A stretch of 64,000 nt of DNA. Source: Stenotrophomonas sp. Lineage in GTDB: Bacteria; Pseudomonadota; Gammaproteobacteria; Xanthomonadales; Xanthomonadaceae. The position numbers were made by a program, and so were the translations under genes. The notes under the pieces were generated by a model. That model was given only the letters and a program-made list of their open reading frames with translations. It was not told the DNA's origin and ran no database searches. Shown one piece after another: positions 17,489 through 27,373 of this stretch. Within the stretch, counting starts at the first letter, position 1. Each line of letters opens with the position of its first letter. The stretch spans positions 93,299 to 157,298 of the forward strand of contig DASPIU010000059.1 of the NCBI GenBank assembly GCA_035629025.1, written 5' to 3'.

Positions 17489-17531
17489 TCACCATGTCCT
17501 CCCCTCACGTCTTCGACTCACTCGTACGCGC

Positions 17532-18956
17532 ATGAACCTGACCGCCCAGCCCCTGCACCTGCATCCCGACCGCCTGCTGCCGCCTGACCCGACTCAGCGC
17601 GGCATCGCCCGCCGTCTCTACGCGCAAGTGGCCGGCCTGCCCATCATCAGCCCGCATGGCCATACCGACCCGGCCTGGTTCGCCAGCGACGCGCCTTTCG
17701 CCAATGCCACCGAACTGCTGCTGGTGCCGGACCACTACGTGTTCCGCATGCTCTACAGCCAGGGTGTGGACCTGGACCGGCTGGGCATTCCACGCGCCGA
17801 TGGTTCGCGCGCGGCGGTGGACCCGCGCGCGGCCTGGCGCGTGTTCGCCGAGCACTTCCACCTGTTCCGCGGCACGCCGTCGTCGATGTGGCTCAACCAT
17901 GTTTTCCACGAGGTGTTCGGCCTGCGCGTGCGTCTGGATGCCAGCACCGCGGATGACTATTACGACCGCATCAACGCCGCGCTGGACACGCCGGCCTATC
18001 GTCCGCGCGCGTTGTTCGAGCGCTTCGGCATCGAGGTCATCGCCACCACCGAATCGCCACTGGACCCGCTGGCGCACCACGCCGCGATCCGCGACAGCGG
18101 CTGGCGCGGGCGGGTGATCACCGCCTATCGTCCCGATCCGGTGATCGATCCGGAGCATGAGCAATTCCCCGCCGCGCTGCGCCAGTTTGGCGAGATCACC
18201 GGTGAGGATGTGCACGACTGGGATGGTTACCTGCGCGCGCATCGGCAGCGCCGCGCCTATTTCGCGGCGATGGGCGCCACCTCGACCGACCATGGCCACC
18301 CCAGCGCCGCCACCGCCAACCTCGGCGCCGCCGACGCCCGTCGCCTGTTCGAGACGGTGGTGGCCGGGCGCGCGGATGCGGCGCAGGCCGAGCTGTTCCG
18401 CGCGCAGATGCTGACCGAAATGGCGCTGATGAGCCTGGACGACGGCCTGGTGATGCAGCTGCACCCGGGTTGCTTCCGCAACCACAATCAGGCGCTGTTC
18501 GCGCGCTACGGCCGCGACAAGGGCGCCGACATTCCGATCCGCACCGAATACGTGCACGCGCTCAAGCCCCTGCTGGACCGCTGCGGCAACGACCCGCGCT
18601 TCAAGTTGATCCTGTTCACGCTCGACGAAAGCAACTACGCGCGCGAGCTGGCGCCCCTGGCCGGGCATTACCCGAGCCTGCTGCTCGGCCCGGCATGGTG
18701 GTTCCATGACGCGCCCGAGGGCATGTGGCGTTTCCGCGAGCAGACGCTGAGCAGCGGCGGCTTCTACAACACGGTGGGTTTCAATGACGACACCCGCGCC
18801 TTCCTGTCGATCCCGGCGCGGCATGACGTGGCCCGGCGCGTGGACTGCGCGTTCCTGGCCAGGCTCGTCGCCGAGCACCGGATCGACGAGGACGAGGCGG
18901 CCGAGGTTGCGATCGACCTGGCCTACCGCCTGCCCAAGCAGGCCTATCGCCTGTGA
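17532..18956 (+). CDS. uxaC: Glucuronate (uronate) isomerase
   Basis: 474 aa from ATG 17532. LPIISPHGHTDP, VPDHYVFRML and the conserved C-terminus ...LVAEHRIDEDEA fit UxaC. Confidence 0.92.
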   Translation: MNLTAQPLHLHPDRLLPPDPTQRGIARRLYAQVAGLPIISPHGHTDPAWFASDAPFANATELLLVPDHYVFRMLYSQGVDLDRLGIPRADGSRAAVDPRAAWRVFAEHFHLFRGTPSSMWLNHVFHEVFGLRVRLDASTADDYYDRINAALDTPAYRPRALFERFGIEVIATTESPLDPLAHHAAIRDSGWRGRVITAYRPDPVIDPEHEQFPAALRQFGEITGEDVHDWDGYLRAHRQRRAYFAAMGATSTDHGHPSAATANLGAADARRLFETVVAGRADAAQAELFRAQMLTEMALMSLDDGLVMQLHPGCFRNHNQALFARYGRDKGADIPIRTEYVHALKPLLDRCGNDPRFKLILFTLDESNYARELAPLAGHYPSLLLGPAWWFHDAPEGMWRFREQTLSSGGFYNTVGFNDDTRAFLSIPARHDVARRVDCAFLARLVAEHRIDEDEAAEVAIDLAYRLPKQAYRL

Positions 18957-21682
18957 GGCACCGCGCGTGCCTCGCGGCCGCCTGGCTGGCGCTGGCGTCG
19001 CCGGCGGTGGTTTGCACGGCGACGCCAGCACGCGAACGCATCGCGCTCGACAGCGGCTGGCGCTTTCATGCCGGCGATCCGCCCGCTACGGACGGCGCGC
19101 TGGACTATGAACTGCGTCCGGCGGTGCACGACGACGAGGACGGCAAGGCCGCGGACAGCAAGCCGCAGCAGGCCGCGTTGCCGGCCGGCAGCGGGCCTGA
19201 CTTGCTCAAGCCGTGGATCTTGCCGACCGCCAACGCCTTGATCGCTGATCCGGCGCGGCACCATGTGCGTCCCGCCGGTCCTGCACCGGGCGCCAACGTG
19301 GCCTTTGTCCGTGGCGATTTCGACGACAGCGCATGGCAGCCCGTCACCCTGCCCCACGACTGGGCGATCGCCGGCCCGTTCCTGGTCGATGGCCCATATG
19401 GCGGCATGGGCCGGCTGCCCAGCTGGGGCGTCGGCTGGTATCGGCGCACGCTGGACATCCCGGCCAGCGATCGTGGCCGCCGCGTCGCGCTGGAGATCGA
19501 CGGTGCCATGTCGTATGCCAGCGTCTGGTGCAACGGCCAGCTGCTTGGCGGCTGGCCCTACGGCTACAGTAGCTGGCAGCTGGACCTGACGGATTGCCTG
19601 CATTATGGCGGGCGCAACCAGCTCGCGATCCGCCTGGACAATCCGCCCGATTCCGCACGCTGGTATCCCGGGGGCGGCCTTTACCGGCAGGTGTGGCTGC
19701 GCAAGACCGCGCCCACGCATGTCGCGCATTGGGGCGTACGCATCACCACGCCACAGGTCTCGCGCGAACATGCTGACGTACGCGTGCAGGTCACGCTGCG
19801 CAATGACAGCACCACCGCAGCCAGCCTGCGGGTCGACACCGCGTTGTATGTCCTGGACGCGGAAGACAAGCCGGAGCGTCAGGCGGCCGCGCGCGGCCAG
19901 CCGCAGCCACTGGCGCTGGCCGCCGGGGCGCAAGCCGAGATCGACCAGGACCTGCGTGTGCGGCGCCCGCGGCTGTGGGGCCCGCCGCCCACCCAGCAAC
20001 CGCACCGCTATCTCGCGGTGACCAGCGTGCGCGCCGGTGGTCGCATCGTGGATCAGGTGCAAACGACTTTCGGCATCCGGCAGGTGCGCTTTGCTCCAGA
20101 GCAGGGCCTGCTGGTCAATGGCGAACACGTGCCGATCCGCGGCGTGAACCAGCATCACGACCTTGGAGCGCTTGGCGCGGCATTCAACGCGAGCGCGGCC
20201 GAGCGGCAACTGCGCATGCTGCAGGCCATGGGCGCCAATGCGGTTCGCATGAGCCACAACCCGCCGGCGCCGGAACTGCTCGATCTCACCGATCGCCTCG
20301 GCCTGCTGGTGGTTGATGAAATCTTCGACAGCTGGCAGATGCGCAAGACCGCCCTGGACTTCCACCGGATCTTCGACGATTGGCATGAACCCGACCTGCG
20401 CGCCCTGCTGCGCCGTGACCGCAACCACCCCTCGGTCATCCTGTGGAGCATCGGCAACGAGGTCGGCGAGCAGTACACCGGCGCCGACGGCGCGGCCATC
20501 GCGCGGCAGCTGCGCGGCATCGTTCGCGAAGAAGACCCGACCCGTCCGCTGACCGCGGCAATGAACTACGCCAAGCCGGACATGCCGTTGCCCGCCGAGC
20601 TCGACGTGATCGGCCTCAACTATCAGGGCGAAGGCATCCGCGACACGCCGGAGTTCGCCGGTACCGAGCGCATCCGCACGCCGCCAATGTACGACGCGTT
20701 CCACCGCGCCTTTCCGGACAAGGCCATCCTCAGCACCGAGACCGCCTCGACGCTGAGCAGCCGCGGCGTCTACTTGTTCCCGGTCACCGCAAAGACCAGC
20801 GCGCCGGTACGCGATGGCCGCGGCGGTGACCCGGTCGCCCATCAGGTCAGCGCCTATGAACTGCATGCGGTGGATTTCGGCGCCAGCCCGGACAAGGTGT
20901 TTGCCGCACTCGACGCGCACCCGTTCGTCGCCGGCGAGTTCGTCTGGACCGGCTTCGACTACCTCGGCGAGCCCACGCCGTACTACAGCTCGCGCAGTTC
21001 CTATTCCGGCATCATTGACCTGGCCGGCTTTCCCAAGGACCGCTACTGGCTGTACCAGTCGCGCTGGCGCCCCGGGTTGCCGATGGCGCACCTGCTGCCG
21101 CACTGGACCTGGCCAGGCCGCGAGGGCGAGGTGACTCCGGTCCATGTATTCACCTCCGGCGACGAAGCCGAGCTGTTCGTCAACGGCGTGTCGCAGGGAC
21201 GCAAGCGCAAGCAGCCCGGGCAGTATCGCCTGCGCTGGGACGAGGTCCGCTACCAGCCTGGCGAACTGCGCGTGCAGGCCTATCTTGGCGGCAAGCCGTG
21301 GGCCTCGGACCGCGTGCTGACCGCCGGCCCACCGGCCCGCCTGCAGCTGCGTGCCGAAAGCCCCGCGCTGCGCGCCGATGGCCGCGACCTGGCCTTCATC
21401 GACATCGAAGTGCGCGATGCGCACGGCGTGCGCGTGCCGCATGCAAACACGACCACCCATCTGCGCCTGGAAGGCCCGGGCGAACTCGTCGCTGCCGACA
21501 ACGGCAACCCCACTGACATGACGCCATTCCCCGCCGCCACGCGCGCGGCCTTCAACGGTCGCCTGCTGGCCATCGTGCGTGCCCATCCCGGCGCGCGCGG
21601 CGAGCTGGTCCTGCATGCCGAGGCCGATGGCCTGGCGCCCGCGCAATTGCCCATCCACCTGCTGACCGGAGCCCTGCCATGA
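18953..21682 (+). CDS. GH2 family glycoside hydrolase, secreted
   Basis: 909 aa. The GTG start overlaps the uxaC stop (GTGA). Signal peptide present. GH2 hallmarks: LDSGWRF, WYRR, DGAMSYASVWCNGQ, VNQHHDLG, SHNPP, WSIGNE (acid/base context), FVWTGFDYLGEP. Confidence 0.88.
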   Translation: MRHRACLAAAWLALASPAVVCTATPARERIALDSGWRFHAGDPPATDGALDYELRPAVHDDEDGKAADSKPQQAALPAGSGPDLLKPWILPTANALIADPARHHVRPAGPAPGANVAFVRGDFDDSAWQPVTLPHDWAIAGPFLVDGPYGGMGRLPSWGVGWYRRTLDIPASDRGRRVALEIDGAMSYASVWCNGQLLGGWPYGYSSWQLDLTDCLHYGGRNQLAIRLDNPPDSARWYPGGGLYRQVWLRKTAPTHVAHWGVRITTPQVSREHADVRVQVTLRNDSTTAASLRVDTALYVLDAEDKPERQAAARGQPQPLALAAGAQAEIDQDLRVRRPRLWGPPPTQQPHRYLAVTSVRAGGRIVDQVQTTFGIRQVRFAPEQGLLVNGEHVPIRGVNQHHDLGALGAAFNASAAERQLRMLQAMGANAVRMSHNPPAPELLDLTDRLGLLVVDEIFDSWQMRKTALDFHRIFDDWHEPDLRALLRRDRNHPSVILWSIGNEVGEQYTGADGAAIARQLRGIVREEDPTRPLTAAMNYAKPDMPLPAELDVIGLNYQGEGIRDTPEFAGTERIRTPPMYDAFHRAFPDKAILSTETASTLSSRGVYLFPVTAKTSAPVRDGRGGDPVAHQVSAYELHAVDFGASPDKVFAALDAHPFVAGEFVWTGFDYLGEPTPYYSSRSSYSGIIDLAGFPKDRYWLYQSRWRPGLPMAHLLPHWTWPGREGEVTPVHVFTSGDEAELFVNGVSQGRKRKQPGQYRLRWDEVRYQPGELRVQAYLGGKPWASDRVLTAGPPARLQLRAESPALRADGRDLAFIDIEVRDAHGVRVPHANTTTHLRLEGPGELVAADNGNPTDMTPFPAATRAAFNGRLLAIVRAHPGARGELVLHAEADGLAPAQLPIHLLTGALP

Positions 21683-22848
21683 CCCCGCCACCCCGTTTTC
21701 GCCGCGCCCTGCTGGCCCTGGCCACGGCCGCCAGCCTCTGCGCCCTGCCCGTTCTGCCCGCTGTGGCCGCGCCGCCGACCACGCTGAAGGATGCGTTTGC
21801 CGACGACTTTCTGGTCGGTACCGCGGTCAACGACGCCATCGTCAGCGGCCGCGATGCGCGCTCGCAGGCGCTGGTGATCCAGCAGTTCAACACCATCACC
21901 GCCGAGAACGAACTCAAGCCGGAGAACGTGCATCCCAAGCCCGGCGTCTACGACTTCAGCAAGGGCGACAGGTTTGTCGCCTTCGGCAAGGCCCACGGCA
22001 TGTTCCTGGTCGGGCACAACCTGCTGTGGCACATCCAGACCCCAGCGTGGATGTTCACCGATGCGCAGGGCAAGCCGCATGCCGCCGACGCGCAGCTGGC
22101 CGTGCTGCGCGACCATATCCAGCACGTGGCCGGACACTACGCCGGGCGCATCGATGCCTGGGACGTGGCCAACGAAGTCATCGACGAAGATGGCAGTTAC
22201 CGGCAGAGCCCGTGGCTGAAGAACGTCGGCGATGGCGACCGCCTGCTGCGCGAGGCCTACCGCTACGCCGCGCAGGCCACGCCGGGCACCGAGCTGTACT
22301 ACAACGACTTCAACACCGAAAAGCCGGCCAAGCGCGCCGGCATCGTGCGCCTGGTGAAGATGCTGCAGGACAGCGGCGTGCGCATCGACGGCGTCGGCAT
22401 GCAGGGCCACTGGGGGCTGGACAGCCCGTCCATCGCCGAGATCGAGACCAGCATCGACACCTTCGCCGCGCTCGGGGTCAAGGTGATGATCACCGAGCTG
22501 GACATCGATGTGCTGCCACAGCCGCCGCGCACCGATGGCATGCCGGCCGACCAGCGCCTGGAATTGCCCGCCGATGCCGCCGCGCGGCGCCAGCTCGATC
22601 CGTGGCCCAACGGCCTGCCGGCGGACATGCAGCAGCGCCTGGCACAGCGCTACGCCGACCTGTTTGAACTGTTCCGGCGCAAGCGCGACGTGATTGACCG
22701 GGTCACGTTCTGGAACGTGCACGATGGCGACTCCTGGAAGAACGACTACCCCGTGCGCGGGCGCAGCAACTACCCGCTGCTGTTTGACCGCGAACGCCAG
22801 CCCAAGCCGGCCTTCGATGCGGTGATCAAGGCTGCCGCGCGCGACTGA
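21679..22848 (+). CDS. GH10 endo-1,4-beta-xylanase, secreted
   Basis: ATGA overlap with the GH2 stop. Signal peptide with RR (PRFRRALLALATAASL). GH10 motifs: FNTITAENELKP, GHNLLWH, WDVANE (acid/base), ITELDIDV (nucleophile). Confidence 0.9.
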   Translation: MTPPPRFRRALLALATAASLCALPVLPAVAAPPTTLKDAFADDFLVGTAVNDAIVSGRDARSQALVIQQFNTITAENELKPENVHPKPGVYDFSKGDRFVAFGKAHGMFLVGHNLLWHIQTPAWMFTDAQGKPHAADAQLAVLRDHIQHVAGHYAGRIDAWDVANEVIDEDGSYRQSPWLKNVGDGDRLLREAYRYAAQATPGTELYYNDFNTEKPAKRAGIVRLVKMLQDSGVRIDGVGMQGHWGLDSPSIAEIETSIDTFAALGVKVMITELDIDVLPQPPRTDGMPADQRLELPADAAARRQLDPWPNGLPADMQQRLAQRYADLFELFRRKRDVIDRVTFWNVHDGDSWKNDYPVRGRSNYPLLFDRERQPKPAFDAVIKAAARD

Positions 22849-22949
22849 TCCACGCCGGGGCGGTGGACAAACATCGCCAGGCGCCGCGATGGCCGTCGCG
22901 GCGTGCTTGGCCTAGACTTCCCGCCCCCGCCACATGCCTGCACCGCCCG

Positions 22950-23912
22950 ATGAAGTTTCCCGCCCTGCCGCATTCGCTCCGCATCTGGCTGGGCATCGAG
23001 CGCAACACCACCACCCACGCCGAAAAGTGGATCTCCACCATCGGCGGCGTGCTCGGCATCGCCGCGGTCTGCGCGGCCATCAACGGCGTGTTCCCCATGG
23101 GCGTGGCGGGCGCGGGCCCGGCCGGCGCGGTGATCCTGACCTCGCTCGGTGCTTCGGCCGTGCTGTTGTTCGCGGTGCCGCACGGCGCCTTGTCGCAGCC
23201 GTGGGCGGTGGTCGGCGGACATCTGGTATCGGCCTTCATCGGTGTGAGCTGCCAGCAGCTGTTCCCCGGCCAGGCGTGGACCGCGGCGCTGGCGGTGGGC
23301 CTGGCAATTGGCGCGATGTACTACCTGCGCTGCATCCACCCGCCCGGTGGCGCCACCGCGCTGGCCGCGGTCGTCGGCAGCGATGAACTGCATGCGCTGG
23401 GCTACCACTACCTGATCGAGCCGGTCGGCGTGGGCCTGGCCGCGATCATGCTGGTGGCGGTCGCCTTCAATGCGCTGTTCCCGTGGCGGCGTTACCCGGT
23501 GCACCTGCACCGGCGCCGGCAGACCGCTGCGGTGCCGGCCGCGCAGCGCCGCTTCGACCTGACCCAGGAGGATTTCTCCGCGGCGATGGAACAGCTCAAC
23601 TCCTACGTGGACATCACCGAGGAAAACCTCACCGAGCTGCTGGAACTGGCCAAGCAGCACGCCGAGCGCAACGTGCTGCACCCGCAGGAACTGCTGCCCG
23701 GCCATTGCTACAGCAATGGCCGGCTGGGCAAGGCCTGGAGCGTGCGCGAAATCATCCGCATCGGGCCTGCCGCTGCCAGGCAGCCAGCACGGGTGGACTA
23801 CCGCGTGGTCGCCGGCGATGGCGCCGGCAGCAGCAGCCACTGCGCTGCGGATGTCTTCCGCCAGTGGGCGCGTTTTGAAGTGCGTCTCGGCAATGGGCGC
23901 TGGGTGAAGTAA
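22950..23912 (+). CDS. HPP-family membrane protein with an uncharacterised C-terminal soluble domain
   Basis: Start MKFPALP at 22950. Four TM helices with the signature [11 protein letters not shown]. About 130 C-terminal residues have no motif I recognise; it does not look like a CBS pair. Confidence 0.7.
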   Translation: MKFPALPHSLRIWLGIERNTTTHAEKWISTIGGVLGIAAVCAAINGVFPMGVAGAGPAGAVILTSLGASAVLLFAVPHGALSQPWAVVGGHLVSAFIGVSCQQLFPGQAWTAALAVGLAIGAMYYLRCIHPPGGATALAAVVGSDELHALGYHYLIEPVGVGLAAIMLVAVAFNALFPWRRYPVHLHRRRQTAAVPAAQRRFDLTQEDFSAAMEQLNSYVDITEENLTELLELAKQHAERNVLHPQELLPGHCYSNGRLGKAWSVREIIRIGPAAARQPARVDYRVVAGDGAGSSSHCAADVFRQWARFEVRLGNGRWVK

Positions 23913-23928
23913 GGCCAGGCGCGCTGTT

Positions 23929-24366
23929 TCAGGGTGCCGCGCGCCTGGAGGCATGGCTGGCGACCATCAGCCAGCCCTGCGGCCGCCGCACGTAGGTGTC
24001 GGTGAACTGGAAATCCAGCGCATAGGGCTGGCCCTCGGCCTGGCCTTCGACATGGGTGACGCCGGTGACGACCGCGGCATCGCCGTACAGGCGTACCTGC
24101 GAACCCGAGTTGCGGAATACCGTGTAGCGCGTTCCACTGCGCAAGTCGGCCGCTTCCTCGGCGCGGGTGGTCAGCTTGCCGGTCGAGCCGGTGAGGGTGA
24201 AGCTCGGGTCCAAGTGTTGTTCGAGCCAGTCCGCATCACCGCGTTGATAGGCCGCACAGATTTCACGCTCGGCTTCGAGGATGGCGGCCACGTCCTGCAT
24301 CGGCGTGGCGGCTGCGGTGGCCAGCGGCAGGATCGTCGCCAGCAACAGATACAGCGGCAGCTTCAT
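23929..24366 (-). CDS. Secreted NTF2-like / DUF4440 (SnoaL-like) protein
   Basis: [20 protein letters not shown] signal peptide. [25 protein letters not shown]...[18 protein letters not shown] is typical of DUF4440/SnoaL folds. The remainder of the 460-aa track ORF is antisense to the hydrolase gene. Confidence 0.65.
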   Translation of the reverse strand: MKLPLYLLLATILPLATAAATPMQDVAAILEAEREICAAYQRGDADWLEQHLDPSFTLTGSTGKLTTRAEEAADLRSGTRYTVFRNSGSQVRLYGDAAVVTGVTHVEGQAEGQPYALDFQFTDTYVRRPQGWLMVASHASRRAAP

Positions 24367-24519
24367 GGCGTTCCCCGGCGGTGCGGTGGCTGGAGCGTGG
24401 GCCGTGTACTGCCTGCTGTAAATCCTGCGGCGCAACAATGTCAACGTAAAGCAGGCAAGTACGACTATCATCGACGGGCCGCCCGGTCGGGGCGGCATCC
24501 CCCACAACAAAGGACTTGC

Positions 24520-25356
24520 ATGAGCACGATCACCACCCGCGACGGCGTCGAAATCTTCTTCCAGGACTGGGGCCCGAAGGACGCCCAGCCCATCGTGTTC
24601 CATCACGGCTGGCCGCTGTCCAGCGATGACTGGGACGCGCAGATGCTGTTCTTCGTGCAGAAGGGCTTCCGCGTCATCGCCCACGACCGTCGCGGCCACG
24701 GCCGCTCGGCGCACGTCAGCGATGGCCACGACATGGACCATTACGCCGCCGATGCCGCCGCCGTGATGGAGCACCTGGATCTGCGCAACGCCGTGCACAT
24801 CGGCCACTCCACCGGCGGCGGCGAAGTCACCGCGTACGTGGCCCGTTACGGCCAGCCGAAGGGCCGCGTGGCCAAGGCCGTGCTGATCGGCGCGGTGCCG
24901 CCGATCATGCTCAAGACCGCGGCCAACCCGGGCGGCCTGCCGCAAGAGGTCTTCGATGGCCTGCGCGCGCAGCTGGCCGCCAACCGCGCGCAGTTCTATC
25001 TGGACCTGCCGACCGGCCCGTTCTACGGCTTCAACCGCGAAGGCGCCAAGGCGCTGCAGGGCACCATCCAGAACTGGTGGCGCCAGGGCATGGCCGGCAA
25101 CGCCAAGGCCCATTACGAAGGCATCAAGGCGTTCTCCGAGACCGACTTCAGCGAAGACCTGAAGAAGATCGAGGTGCCGGTGCTGGTCATGCATGGTGAC
25201 GACGACCAGATCGTGCCGATCGCCGACTCGGCCCTGCTCTCGGTCAAGCTGCTCAAGCACGGCACGCTGAAGGTCTACGAAGGTCTTCCGCATGGCATGT
25301 GCACCACGCATGCCGATGTGATCAACGCCGACCTGCTGGCCTTCATCCAGGGCTGA
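24520..25356 (+). CDS. Alpha/beta hydrolase, non-haem haloperoxidase / arylesterase type
   Basis: [19 protein letters not shown]...VFHHGWPLS, nucleophile elbow GHSTGGGE, C-terminal ...[19 protein letters not shown]. This pattern is classic for non-haem chloroperoxidase-like proteins. Confidence 0.85.
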   Translation: MSTITTRDGVEIFFQDWGPKDAQPIVFHHGWPLSSDDWDAQMLFFVQKGFRVIAHDRRGHGRSAHVSDGHDMDHYAADAAAVMEHLDLRNAVHIGHSTGGGEVTAYVARYGQPKGRVAKAVLIGAVPPIMLKTAANPGGLPQEVFDGLRAQLAANRAQFYLDLPTGPFYGFNREGAKALQGTIQNWWRQGMAGNAKAHYEGIKAFSETDFSEDLKKIEVPVLVMHGDDDQIVPIADSALLSVKLLKHGTLKVYEGLPHGMCTTHADVINADLLAFIQG

Positions 25357-25469
25357 GCCGGGAACCGCGTGGTGCTGGCGCCAGCGCCGGCACTACGCAA
25401 CAGTCGCACTGCCGCCGCGCCGCGTGGGGTTGTTGCTTGCTGCGTGGCGGCTCACATAGCGAGGAATCC

Positions 25470-25967
25470 ATGTCCACTGCCGTTCCCCTTGCCGCCGGGA
25501 CGCCGGCGCCCGACTTTGAACTGCCCTCCACCCCGGACCAGCGCGTCAGTCTGTCTTCGTTGCGCGGCCAGCCGGTGATCCTCGCCTTCTACCCGGCCGA
25601 CTGGAGCCCGGTGTGCGGCGACCAGATGGCCCTGTACAACCAGATCCTGCCGGAGTTCCGGCGCGCCGGCGCACAGCTGCTCGGCATCTCGGTGGACGGC
25701 ACCTGGTGCCACGCCGCCTTCGCCCAGGATCGCAAGCTGCACTTTCCACTGCTGGCCGACTTTGAACCCAAGGGCGAGGTCGCGCGCCGCTTCGGTGTGT
25801 ATCGGCAGGAATCAGGCACCTCCGAGCGCGCCCTGTTCGTCATCGACGCCGAAGGCGTCATCGCCTGGAGCCACGTTTCGCCGCTGGGCATCAATCCCGG
25901 CGCCGACGGCATCCTCGATGCCCTGGACAAGCTGGCCGCATCCACCCCCAACGGAGATCGCGCATGA
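25470..25967 (+). CDS. Peroxiredoxin (AhpC/TSA, redoxin family)
   Basis: RBS GAGGAA precedes the start. APDFELPS...GQPVILAFYPADWSPVCGDQ carries the peroxidatic Cys motif. Confidence 0.85.
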   Translation: MSTAVPLAAGTPAPDFELPSTPDQRVSLSSLRGQPVILAFYPADWSPVCGDQMALYNQILPEFRRAGAQLLGISVDGTWCHAAFAQDRKLHFPLLADFEPKGEVARRFGVYRQESGTSERALFVIDAEGVIAWSHVSPLGINPGADGILDALDKLAASTPNGDRA

Positions 25968-26494
25968 GCCGCCTCACCATTGCCGTCCACGCCGGTGACC
26001 ACAGCAGCGGTCCGGCCGACGCACCGGTCACCCTGGTCGAATACGGCGACTACGAATGCCCGTACTGCGGCGAGGCCTATCCCCTGCTCAAGGCGGTACA
26101 GGCCGCGCTCGGCGACCGCCTGCGCTTTGTGTTCCGCAACTTCCCGCTGGCGGAAATGCATCCGCACGCGCTGCATGCTGCGCAGTTCGCCGAAGCCGCG
26201 GCGGCGGCGGGCAAGTTCTGGGAAGCACACGACATGCTGTACGAACACCAGGATGAACTCAGCGACCACGACCTGGCCCGCTACGCGCGCGAACTCGGCC
26301 TGCCGAACACCGCTTTCGGCGAGGCGGTCAGCGGTCACTACGACGCGAAGATCGAAGGCGATTTCTCCGGCGGCGTGCGCAGCGGCGTAAACGGTACGCC
26401 AACACTGTTCATCAATGGCCAGCGCTACGATGGCCCGCGTGACTACGACACGCTGGTGGACGTGCTGAGCCAGGCAGCCACCGCGCGGCAATAG
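25964..26494 (+). CDS. DsbA-family thioredoxin-fold oxidoreductase
   Basis: ATGA overlap with the peroxiredoxin stop. VTLVEYGDYECPYCG (CPYC active site) and GVNGTPTLFINGQ. Confidence 0.85.
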   Translation: MSRLTIAVHAGDHSSGPADAPVTLVEYGDYECPYCGEAYPLLKAVQAALGDRLRFVFRNFPLAEMHPHALHAAQFAEAAAAAGKFWEAHDMLYEHQDELSDHDLARYARELGLPNTAFGEAVSGHYDAKIEGDFSGGVRSGVNGTPTLFINGQRYDGPRDYDTLVDVLSQAATARQ

Positions 26495-26517
26495 CCGCGC
26501 GGGGCGGACCGGCAAGC

Positions 26518-27048
26518 TCAGGCAAACAGCGCGGCGATGTCCTTCGGCACGCCGCTGCCTGCAAGGCGCCGCGATTCATTGGCGATGTTGAGCTTCATGG
26601 TCACGTCGGAAACCTCGACCAGTCGCTGGTCAACGCTGCGCTTCTGGGTATCGTCGAACCAGTCCAGTACGCTGCGCAGATGCCACAGCGACTGCGTGCC
26701 TTCATGGACGGCCGCGGGAAAAGTGGCCGGATTGCTGGTCATCAGCTTGCGCATGTTCTGCCGGCTGCAACCCATCAGTTCGGCCACGTCGGTGAGGCCG
26801 ACCAGGTCCGGCGAGGCCTCGACCAGCTCGGCCCCCGGAATGGCGCGGCGCACCGCGCGCACGGCCGAGACCACCGCGTCCAGCGCAGTCGGCGCGCGAC
26901 GCGCGAAGTCCAGGGCGATGCGGCCCGGCTGACCGATGCCGATGGTGGCGTCGTCGCAACCGGCCTTGGCCAGCGCCCCGACCAGCTTGCCCGGATCCTG
27001 CTGCGGATCGGGAAGGCGAAACTTCAGGATGAACTCGTACTCATTCAT
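26518..27048 (-). CDS. HTH DNA-binding protein, possible antitoxin/autorepressor
   Basis: 176 aa. N-terminal alpha/beta domain (MNEYEFILKFRLPDP...GCDDATIGIGQPGRIALDF), then an HTH-like VGLTDVAELMGCSRQNMRKLM. It starts 10 nt after the stop of the 86-aa ORF. Confidence 0.7.
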   Translation of the reverse strand: MNEYEFILKFRLPDPQQDPGKLVGALAKAGCDDATIGIGQPGRIALDFARRAPTALDAVVSAVRAVRRAIPGAELVEASPDLVGLTDVAELMGCSRQNMRKLMTSNPATFPAAVHEGTQSLWHLRSVLDWFDDTQKRSVDQRLVEVSDVTMKLNIANESRRLAGSGVPKDIAALFA

Positions 27049-27057
27049 TGCGTTACC

Positions 27058-27318
27058 TCAAGGATTCTTGCGCTTTGCGCGTTCGCAGGCGCAGTTGTCC
27101 ACTACGCGCCGCAGCTGCCGGGCATGATTGCCAGGGTTGCTCGGCGTACTCCAGATGCTGGTGATGCAGAACTCTCCGCAGCGGCAGCCATCATCGTTGT
27201 AAGGGCAGAACATCCTGCCCCATGCATGGGCGCCCCCTGCCCTGATTTTCCATCCATGCAACTCGGCATGGCGTACAGCGGCCTCAATCTCGGCTTTCGG
27301 GTGTCGTTTCCTGTCCAT
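27058..27318 (-). CDS. 86-aa Cys-rich HicA-like small protein (candidate toxin)
   Basis: ATG 27318 (MDRKRHPKAEIEAAVRHAELHGWKIRAGGAHAWGRMFCP...SIWSTPSNPGNHARQLRRVVDNC). The pattern GW-x6-G(G/S)xH ... TP ... basic helix resembles HicA/YcfA. It carries an inserted CPYNDDGCRCGEFC cluster. Local GC is visibly lower than in the flanks. Confidence 0.5.
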   Translation of the reverse strand: MDRKRHPKAEIEAAVRHAELHGWKIRAGGAHAWGRMFCPYNDDGCRCGEFCITSIWSTPSNPGNHARQLRRVVDNCACERAKRKNP

Positions 27319-27338
27319 GGTCTTCTGCGTTGGTAAGA

Positions 27339-27373
27339 AGTCTAGCGAGGCCGTACGCGTTGTCAAGTGACAA
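27339..27373 (-). promoter_or_regulatory. Sigma70-like promoter with an overlapping 14-bp palindrome, for the HicA-like cassette
   Basis: The - strand reads TTGTCAcTTGACAA (27373..27360), which contains TTGACA (-35). A 16-nt spacer follows, then TAGACT (-10, 27344..27339), then 20 nt to the ATG. Confidence 0.55.

Noticed and set aside
18944-21691. 915-aa - strand ORF
   Set aside because: It is a shadow ORF antisense to the GH2 gene, which has clear GH2 motifs on the + strand.
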